Of a stretch of DNA of 64,000 nucleotides, positions 8,127-14,995 are shown piece by piece (position 1 is the first letter of the stretch; the number at the start of each line of letters is the position of its first letter). This DNA is from a virus. The position numbers were made by a program, and so were the translations under genes. The notes under the pieces were generated by a model, which saw only the letters and a list, made by a program, of their open reading frames with translations, had not been told where the DNA came from and ran no database searches. The DNA is taken from the IMG/VR virus record IMGVR_UViG_3300035698_019437, positions 32,001 through 96,000 of that record. One strand, 5' to 3'.

Positions 8127-10090
8127 ATTGGTATAGAACATCTCAAACTCTTGACAGTCAAGGATTGATGTTTTACCCTTGGTCAAAACCTTATAATGAG
8201 GTAGAACAAAGAAGACCTCCATCTTATACAGATGAAAAAGGTACAAATTATTATAAATGTCATGAGTGTGGAGAAATTATTCCAGAATATAGAATAGAGG
8301 AGTGGGGTGTATTCCCAGATGAATTTGAATCTTATGCATATCCTGTATTTAACATAGACCCAGATGCTTTGCGTAGCGAACTTTCGCGAATAGCACATTT
8401 GTTAGAAAATTATGTAAGAGAATATGAACGTGCTGAACAAGAAAATAAAGACTCTGGTAAAGATAATTATTTTTTTGATTCTACTTATAAATTAGAAGCA
8501 CCCGAAATAAACTCTTTTATTAAAAGTCTTCCGACTTTAAAATTATTTCTTAACTACAAAGCTGCTACCAGCATGTATGGATATACTGGTGCATTATCTC
8601 AACTTGTAAATGGTTTTAGTGGCGAAAGAGTTTCTGGTTATACTTTAAATAATGTTTCGGAATTTGTAAAAAATCCAGAACCAACTATCCAAGAAGCTGT
8701 TGACTCTTTATCCGGAAAAAATCAATTTAGCATAAAAGTAGTTTCACCTGTTTGTAAAGAATGTATGGATGATATACATACATGTGAATTTTGCAATACG
8801 CCGATTTTTAATAAAGATGAAGCGTATACTACTACTTGGAGTGACACCGACTTCATATGTAGAGATTGTATCGAAAGCGGAGAAGCAGAAATATGTCCTG
8901 ATTGTGGCAAAGCCGACGCCGCAAGCGATATGCATTATATAGAGGATGAAGGCGATTTTTGCGATGAGTGTTGGGGAAAAAGGAGACAGGATTATGATTC
9001 TTTAACTCCTGAAATAGAATCCCGTGGCGAGTCAAATACAAGACCATTTGACGATTGGTTTGACGGTGACGAAAAAGTATTTATACCGTTTTTAGATTCT
9101 TTGGAACAACCTGATGATACGGATCAAAAAGTTATGGTATTTTTAGAAGAACAGGGTTGGAATACTACTCCATTAGAGTATAAAAAAGGATATGCTAAAA
9201 AAGGCAAACGTAGTATGAAAATTGGGAAAATTCTTAGTAACATAAAAAAGAATATAGAAAAAAATGGCAAGATGTCTGGAATTACTCCTGAACAAATAGA
9301 AGAAACTAAAAAAGAAGCTTCCGAAGCACTTGAAATTTTCTCTCAGTCTAGGTTTAGAAAAATCAAAAATACTTCTGACTTAGAAATAGTTATTTCTCAA
9401 AATCCTCATGATGTAGCAAAAATGTCTACTAGAAGAGATTGGACATCTTGTATGAATCTAGAATCAGGATCAAGACAAGATGATGTTTTTTGTGAAATAG
9501 GAGAAGGCGGTCTTATTGCCTACATTATAAGAAAAGAAGATGAAGAAATAGAAAATCCTCTTGCAAGGGTTCTTGTAAGAAGATATGACAACAACAATGG
9601 TAAATCTGCTGCTGTTGTAGAAGAAACATATTATGGTAATGCTCCTCAAGGATTTATAGATCAGGTAAAAGATTGGGTTGAAGAAAAACAAGGTAAAATA
9701 ACACCTGGCTCATACAACATTAGAGGAATGAGTTGGATAGATTCTTTAGATTCTTCTATGACCGTGGCGAAACTTATCTCTTTAATGAAGAAACTTGGAA
9801 TGTCCACAAATTGGTATAAAATATCGCAGCAATTATCGTTGTTCGATCAGGACAAGGATAAACCTAAAGAAGAACCGAAGAAACCTGGATTGGATATCCG
9901 AGTTTTGTTTTCAAATAGTTACGGTGAACTGGAACTATTGATAAACGGCAAAAAATATACATATCAGCTTCCTTGGTCTGCTGTAGAAACAGGTCAGGAA
10001 ATAACTGATGCTATGAGAAAAGGTCACGGGAAACAAGTAAAAAGACTTATGGATGGTCTAGATAGGTATAAGAAGAATGAATTGGTATAA
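8123..10090 (+). CDS. MNWY-leader multi-CxxC Zn-finger protein with a WTSCM domain and an internal second NWYK module
   Basis: Start reassigned to the ATGA overlap at 8123 (MNWYRTSQ); six CxxC motifs; NPHDVAKMSTRRDWTSCM; MSTNWYKISQ at 9800. Confidence 0.8.
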   Translation: MNWYRTSQTLDSQGLMFYPWSKPYNEVEQRRPPSYTDEKGTNYYKCHECGEIIPEYRIEEWGVFPDEFESYAYPVFNIDPDALRSELSRIAHLLENYVREYERAEQENKDSGKDNYFFDSTYKLEAPEINSFIKSLPTLKLFLNYKAATSMYGYTGALSQLVNGFSGERVSGYTLNNVSEFVKNPEPTIQEAVDSLSGKNQFSIKVVSPVCKECMDDIHTCEFCNTPIFNKDEAYTTTWSDTDFICRDCIESGEAEICPDCGKADAASDMHYIEDEGDFCDECWGKRRQDYDSLTPEIESRGESNTRPFDDWFDGDEKVFIPFLDSLEQPDDTDQKVMVFLEEQGWNTTPLEYKKGYAKKGKRSMKIGKILSNIKKNIEKNGKMSGITPEQIEETKKEASEALEIFSQSRFRKIKNTSDLEIVISQNPHDVAKMSTRRDWTSCMNLESGSRQDDVFCEIGEGGLIAYIIRKEDEEIENPLARVLVRRYDNNNGKSAAVVEETYYGNAPQGFIDQVKDWVEEKQGKITPGSYNIRGMSWIDSLDSSMTVAKLISLMKKLGMSTNWYKISQQLSLFDQDKDKPKEEPKKPGLDIRVLFSNSYGELELLINGKKYTYQLPWSAVETGQEITDAMRKGHGKQVKRLMDGLDRYKKNELV

Positions 10091-10514
10091 ACATAGCGGC
10101 GAAAAGAAAGAAGTTACCGTATTTTCAGCAGAGTTGAAATTACATGATGGATTCTATTATCTAGATATCCCTCAATCTTTTATCACTGGCCTTTGGAAGA
10201 TGATGAAGCCAAATGCAGATGAGACTCCTTACAAACAAAAGAGTTACGGAGGAATGGGCGCTCATGTATCTGTTATAAGCGAAGAAGAATTTGAAGAAAA
10301 AACTAAAATCAAAGAGGTTGGCGAACGGTTTGACTTTACATTGATAGGTGCTAAAGAAGTTAATCCTGCTAGTTGGGATGAAATGAAGATGGTCTACTTT
10401 CTCGAAATAGATTCTCCTCAATTAAAAGAATTGAGACAGAAGTATGGGTTGCCTAAAACCTATAAAGCAATGGGATATGATTTTCATATAACTTTTGCTT
10501 TGGAAAAGAAGTAG
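10077..10514 (+). CDS. MNWYK-leader 2H phosphoesterase (same superfamily as Acb1)
   Basis: Two HxS/T motifs, AHVSVI and FHITFA, about 70 aa apart. Confidence 0.8.
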   Translation: MNWYKHSGEKKEVTVFSAELKLHDGFYYLDIPQSFITGLWKMMKPNADETPYKQKSYGGMGAHVSVISEEEFEEKTKIKEVGERFDFTLIGAKEVNPASWDEMKMVYFLEIDSPQLKELRQKYGLPKTYKAMGYDFHITFALEKK

Positions 10515-10537
10515 GATAATAGCTTTTTATATAGTAT
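10513..10537 (+). promoter_or_regulatory. AGG-N18-GTAT promoter-like motif
   Basis: Exact spacing match; followed only by ~70 nt and a terminator. Confidence 0.5.
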
Positions 10538-10543
10538 CTTAAT

Positions 10544-10612
10544 ATGTCTTATCTCCTTTTGGGTTAGTTTCATGGAAGGTGCGACAGGGTTTCGATCTTG
10601 TCGCACTTTTTT
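10544..10612 (+). ncRNA. candidate small RNA with an anti-SD seed (UAUCUCCUUUU)
   Basis: Bounded by a promoter motif and an intrinsic terminator; contains only a 7-codon ORF. Confidence 0.35.
10579..10612 (+). terminator. Rho-independent terminator
   Basis: GTGCGACAGGGT-TTCG-ATCTTGTCGCAC stem-loop followed by TTTTTT. Confidence 0.85.
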
Positions 10613-10625
10613 ATGTACAAAATAA

Positions 10626-10650
10626 AGGAGAGAACCGTATAAAGCCGAAC
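10626..10650 (+). promoter_or_regulatory. AGG-N18-GAAC promoter-like motif
   Basis: Immediately after the terminator; exact spacing. Confidence 0.55.
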
Positions 10651-10724
10651 TTTATTATAAGGAAGTCTACAAACAGGCAGTAATATGGAAACTATAGAAC
10701 CAGAAGAACCTGAGCCTAAAACGT

Positions 10725-10919
10725 ATGAAAAGACTAGCCACAATTTGTTTAATGGCAGCGACGTTTTTCTGCCCTCTTGGATACGATATTATGTTCAAAA
10801 GCATAATGGTGTTGACAGGTGGTTACTGGATTACTGTTGCAGTTTTCTATTGCCTATCTGCTTTGTTCTTTGGACTTTTTTTCTGGTTGTCACGTTTATC
10901 TAAAAAGGCGAAATCATGA
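10725..10919 (+). CDS. small membrane protein (2 predicted TM helices)
   Basis: Hydrophobic segments, basic C-tail, ATGA overlap with 10916; preferred over the overlapping 10685 ORF. Confidence 0.55.
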   Translation: MKRLATICLMAATFFCPLGYDIMFKSIMVLTGGYWITVAVFYCLSALFFGLFFWLSRLSKKAKS

Positions 10920-11857
10920 AAAAGTATTTTGATCTTATAAAAGAAGCCGCCCCAAATCTTATTGGAAGAAATATAAATCCTCAAACAGGAAGACGACAGC
11001 AACTGCAACAAAGAGTTGCCCCTGGAACACAACAGACAGTCGTTAATAGACCTCCACCCGGCGAGATACCTCTCGCGCCCGCAGGCGATCCTATACCGAC
11101 TAACGCAGTACCTACTGTTAATTCTGGAATCCAATCAAGAGAAGAGTCTATGGAACAAGCTGCCGCTGGTTGGGCCGGTGGAACATTAAACCCAGCAGCA
11201 TCGCCAGCAACAGCCGCGCCAGCAACAGCCGCGCCAGCAGCAGTTGCACCTACCGATACTTCTGCTCCTATTGCAACTCCTACTACTCCGGTTGCAGGAA
11301 CTACTGGTACAGAATCTGGTGCTTCGTTTGCACAACAATTTAACAATTCTTTGACTCAAGCACAACAACAAGCTTCTAACGGGATAACTCAATTAACAGG
11401 TGCTCTTGGTCAATTATCATCGATGGGTGGTAACAGAACTATAAATAAAAAAGTATCAAAAGTAAATAAATTAGTGCAGCAACTAAAACAACGAATAGAT
11501 AATCTACAATCTCTTGGAGTTCCTATTCCAGCGGCGGGTATCGATTCTCGCATGGCAGGTAACTACTTCGATCTTATTAAAAATGCTAATGATATGTCAC
11601 CAGAACAGATGCAAGAATTTCAAGATTTTCAGCAGTTTCAAGAATTAAGACAAGAGCGTCGTCAACGACAACGGCCTCCAACAGCAAATCCTATGCAATA
11701 TCTTGAAAAAACCATAAATGGTGGTTTGTTAGAACTACAAAAATCTATGGATATTTTAAATAGAGCCGCTGCAACAAATCCCAATGTCTTAAAAGAAGTT
11801 AGAGAAGTAGGTAAACTTATAGGCCGGATAAGAATGATACTAGTAGGTCAAGGCTAA
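10916..11857 (+). CDS. low-complexity P/A/T/Q-rich protein with a duplicated YFDLIKxA motif (putative internal head protein)
   Basis: MKKYFDLIKEA at the start and NYFDLIKNA at ~11561. Confidence 0.75.
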   Translation: MKKYFDLIKEAAPNLIGRNINPQTGRRQQLQQRVAPGTQQTVVNRPPPGEIPLAPAGDPIPTNAVPTVNSGIQSREESMEQAAAGWAGGTLNPAASPATAAPATAAPAAVAPTDTSAPIATPTTPVAGTTGTESGASFAQQFNNSLTQAQQQASNGITQLTGALGQLSSMGGNRTINKKVSKVNKLVQQLKQRIDNLQSLGVPIPAAGIDSRMAGNYFDLIKNANDMSPEQMQEFQDFQQFQELRQERRQRQRPPTANPMQYLEKTINGGLLELQKSMDILNRAAATNPNVLKEVREVGKLIGRIRMILVGQG

Positions 11858-11858
11858 T

Positions 11859-12425
11859 ATGAGTTGGTATAAACAAGCACAACAAAGCGAAAAAGCATTT
11901 TTTGCAAAGAATAAGGCGGTAGATTATAATGCGTCTCCGTCTCCTGATCAAGTGGGTCAATACTATACTATGTTTGATGTACAGCGATACGTTATGGATA
12001 GCTATAGTATGAAAGTTGCAATAAGCAAAACGAAAACCAAATATGCTGTTTCTTTTTTGTGTAATCACGACTTCCTCGGTTCTGTAGCTTGGTCTGCTTA
12101 CTGGGCTTATGATGTAGATCAGTTCAAAGAAGCTGTAACTACGTATGAAAAAGTAAAAGTAGGTGTTGGAGAAGTTGTAACTAAATTTGTTGAAGAGGAG
12201 ATACCGACTTCTATTTTTTGGCCTTTTATGAGACATAAGCTTTATAAAATTGACAACATGGCTCGTTCGAAGAAAAATATCCCCTATGTTAATTATACCA
12301 GAGATTTGGAATATAGTCCCGATTGGCGAGAAAATATCTATGGAACCAGATATCCAACATATGAAGAAAAAAGTTACGCACAGTACCTGAATAGCGGTAA
12401 ATGCTATAACGAAGCCCGAAAGTAG
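11859..12425 (+). CDS. MSWYKQAQ-leader hypothetical protein
   Basis: Leader almost identical to that of 716. Confidence 0.8.
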   Translation: MSWYKQAQQSEKAFFAKNKAVDYNASPSPDQVGQYYTMFDVQRYVMDSYSMKVAISKTKTKYAVSFLCNHDFLGSVAWSAYWAYDVDQFKEAVTTYEKVKVGVGEVVTKFVEEEIPTSIFWPFMRHKLYKIDNMARSKKNIPYVNYTRDLEYSPDWRENIYGTRYPTYEEKSYAQYLNSGKCYNEARK

Positions 12426-12598
12426 TAAATGATTGTCTACACAGGGGCTATAGAAGCCCTTGTGATGACTAAGGATCAACTCTAACGCAGTTTCTTTGTA
12501 TAAACAACCCTATCCTCCAAATGTATTGTTGAATGCCTTGTAATCAATCTACGTTTTCTTACGTAATGTGTGAAAGATGACGCGGTATACTCTCCGTC

Positions 12599-13258
12599 AT
12601 GGCTACGTATTATGAAAGACGCAACTGGAATATAAAATATTTAGGTTATATCTCTTGGGACGAATATTTATCATCAGATTTGTGGAAAAATATACGTAGT
12701 AAGGTTTTTAGCAGAGATAAAAACATGTGTTGTATTTGTAGTTTTACCGCTAATGCTGTACATCATTTAGATTATGATATAAAGACTCTTAAGGGAGAGA
12801 ATAGATATAATCTAATTGCAATTTGTGATAAGTGTCACAACAAAATAGAATTTACGGATAGTGGTAAAAAAAGATTTAGTCGCAAACGTATATTACAGGC
12901 TAAAAAAAGGTTAATTCAACAGTACTCTAAGACTAATAAAATAAACGATCAATTTGTGGAAGTTAAGAAGAAAATTGAAGATAAGCGATTTAGCCACAAA
13001 TTGTCTAAGAAGAAAAAATCTGAAAAAATTCGCTTAAAAATCAGGAAACAACAAAAACTAGAAAATAAGAAAAAATGGCAAAAAGAAGAACAAAAAAAGC
13101 TTAAAGCATTCTTATCTAGACAAAAAGAAGAATATAATAGAATATCTGAATATATTTTGAATCATCCTAGTCTAAATGTGTCTGAATATTGCAATATATT
13201 GCATATAAGAAAACATAAATTACATTTAATTAGAAGAAAAATGCTTTCAAATAGATAA
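12599..13258 (+). CDS. HNH endonuclease with Lys-rich C-terminal region
   Basis: YLSSDLW..R..V..RD..CxxC..VHH..NL..CxxCH motif set. Confidence 0.85.
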   Translation: MATYYERRNWNIKYLGYISWDEYLSSDLWKNIRSKVFSRDKNMCCICSFTANAVHHLDYDIKTLKGENRYNLIAICDKCHNKIEFTDSGKKRFSRKRILQAKKRLIQQYSKTNKINDQFVEVKKKIEDKRFSHKLSKKKKSEKIRLKIRKQQKLENKKKWQKEEQKKLKAFLSRQKEEYNRISEYILNHPSLNVSEYCNILHIRKHKLHLIRRKMLSNR

Positions 13259-13503
13259 AGTTGTTGTTTAGGTTTCTCCTTGCCGGAATGCGATCCAACT
13301 ATAAAATCAAAAATCAAAAGGGAGATAGAGTACTGTCCTTTATTCACAGGCAGTCGTATAGGTATCGCGTATAGTATATCTGTTTCAATATTTAAGCAGC
13401 TAAACAATGTGGCTGCTTTGTTAACTATCAAAAAGTATTGTCGGGTAGAACAACCGCACAAGGCAATATAAAAGGATATTTTCCTTATTGATCGAGCTAG
13501 ATT

Positions 13504-13750
13504 GGGGCTTCAGCGTATAAGGTCCGCTCGTTAAACTCTACTACCTGTTTGTAATGGTTTCAGTTATCGGTATAAAACTCTTTATATCGCTCTTTCTGTT
13601 GTGACGCTGGTTGAGACTCGCTCGACTATACTGCTAAGGCATGTCTTTCCCTTCAACCCCTGAGCTATTAAGCTTGGGGGTTGTCTGCGCTGACTTCCTG
13701 CTTGGCATATATGTCTTTCGGTAAAATGCCGAAAAAGAAGTATATAGTTG
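13504..13750 (+). ncRNA. candidate structured non-coding RNA or long structured leader
   Basis: Several nested stems (13511-20/13599-609, 13568-89, 13632-38/13701-07, 13654-83, 13716-34); variant promoter motif at 13473. Confidence 0.45.
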
Positions 13751-13760
13751 GGAGATAAAC

Positions 13761-14132
13761 ATGGATAACTCATTTAACGTTAACGATCCTTTGGTACAAC
13801 AGAATAAGAAGAAAATCAAGCATCTATTGGATGATCCAGATATCATTCTTTATTTTGTTGCATCAAACAAGTTGAAACAGATTATATCTGAAGGTAAGCA
13901 TCCTCTTATACAGGGTATTACTACTTGGATGAAGTATCATATTCTAGAGGGTTCTTGTATTGTCATACAAAAGAGAATTGTTTGGGAGATGATTAATAAG
14001 ACTCTTGATAAGAAGAATACATTTGTATTTAGTAATGGTGATATCCGTTTAAAATGGGAGAACCAGATTATTACAGATACCGGTGTAGGTCATAGTGACT
14101 TAAGCCTAATGAACGATTGGGTAAAAAAGTAA
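13761..14132 (+). CDS. hypothetical protein
   Basis: GGGAG SD; 123 aa. Confidence 0.75.
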   Translation: MDNSFNVNDPLVQQNKKKIKHLLDDPDIILYFVASNKLKQIISEGKHPLIQGITTWMKYHILEGSCIVIQKRIVWEMINKTLDKKNTFVFSNGDIRLKWENQIITDTGVGHSDLSLMNDWVKK

Positions 14133-14140
14133 AGGAATAA

Positions 14141-14458
14141 ATGATGGTAAAGAAAGAAGAAAAGAAGCCTAAGAAAAGACTAAAGGTTGTTTCCAGTAAA
14201 GGCACAGGGGCTAAGAGAGGTCGTCCAGCAAAGAATACTGTTACGGAAGAACAGCAAGTAGATATAGAAAAGAAAATCGAGTTCAAAGAGTTAGAAGGCG
14301 CTTTTATGCTTGTTCGTGTGGGAAGTCAATCTAAGCCTTCATCAGATGAAGAGATTCAACAGGTTACATCCACCTTGTTACAGTTGATAGAAGGAAATGA
14401 TGTCAATTGCATGATATACATATGTCATCATGATATTGATATTAAAATAATCCGGTAG
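14141..14458 (+). CDS. hypothetical protein with basic N-terminus (KRGRP AT-hook-like)
   Basis: AAGGA SD; GAKRGRPAK. Confidence 0.75.
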   Translation: MMVKKEEKKPKKRLKVVSSKGTGAKRGRPAKNTVTEEQQVDIEKKIEFKELEGAFMLVRVGSQSKPSSDEEIQQVTSTLLQLIEGNDVNCMIYICHHDIDIKIIR

Positions 14459-14515
14459 TAGGTTGCGGTTGATATTTTATGGAATAAGAATGTATAAATT
14501 AGTAAGGAGTTTCAT

Positions 14516-14923
14516 ATGAAATCGCAACATGTTATATTTAAAAACTTCCCTGAGTTCTGGTACTACACCAAGAATTTATCAGAGGAACAGAGAGACGTGA
14601 TTTTCCATAGTCTTCCAGAAGAGCAACAGACTAAGCTACAACGCTCTTATAAGGTAGGCGGCTGGGAAGACTTGTTTATCAGGAACAATGTTGACGAGAT
14701 AGTAAACCATATCAAAGAAGACACTGAAGTTGACATGATATACGTCAGATGTCGTGTAATGATGGGTAGAAGTTATTATATGAAGAAAAGTCTATGGACT
14801 TATATCATAGACACTTTTGGGGATTTCCCAGAAGAGCATATATCTCATATTCTGGGTGGGATTACTTATAAATCAGTGAATAAACAGACTGTATTATTAT
14901 TGAAAAACAGTAAAAGCATATAA
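14516..14923 (+). CDS. hypothetical protein
   Basis: AAGGAG SD. Confidence 0.8.
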   Translation: MKSQHVIFKNFPEFWYYTKNLSEEQRDVIFHSLPEEQQTKLQRSYKVGGWEDLFIRNNVDEIVNHIKEDTEVDMIYVRCRVMMGRSYYMKKSLWTYIIDTFGDFPEEHISHILGGITYKSVNKQTVLLLKNSKSI

Positions 14924-14948
14924 AGGTTTTTCCGCCGTTTATAAGAAA
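14924..14948 (+). promoter_or_regulatory. AGG-N18-GAAA promoter-like motif
   Basis: Exact spacing match in an intergenic gap. Confidence 0.55.
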
Positions 14949-14995
14949 TATCATAATAATAGTTTGTACTCACTAAATGCTACTAGGAGATTATA

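Noticed and set aside
10685-10903. Alternative 72-aa ORF overlapping 10725
   Set aside because: 10725 couples by ATGA to the next gene and has a cleaner membrane-protein pattern. Dual coding is not excluded but is unsupported.
11204-11239. 15-nt tandem duplication (PATAA x2)
   Set aside because: Ordinary slippage in a low-complexity linker.
12501-13465. 8-bp inverted repeats flanking the HNH gene (TGCCTTGT/ACAAGGCA, TAAACAAC/GTTGTTTA)
   Set aside because: They are short, cross each other, and are expected by chance in AT-rich DNA.
13504-13750. tmRNA, tRNA or RNase P identity for the structured region
   Set aside because: No T-loop/CCA end or other conserved signature is recognisable.
12426-13760. 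Group I intron carrying the HNH gene
   Set aside because: The GACTA/TAGTT pairing is only loosely P7-like, and the flanking genes look complete with no split exon.
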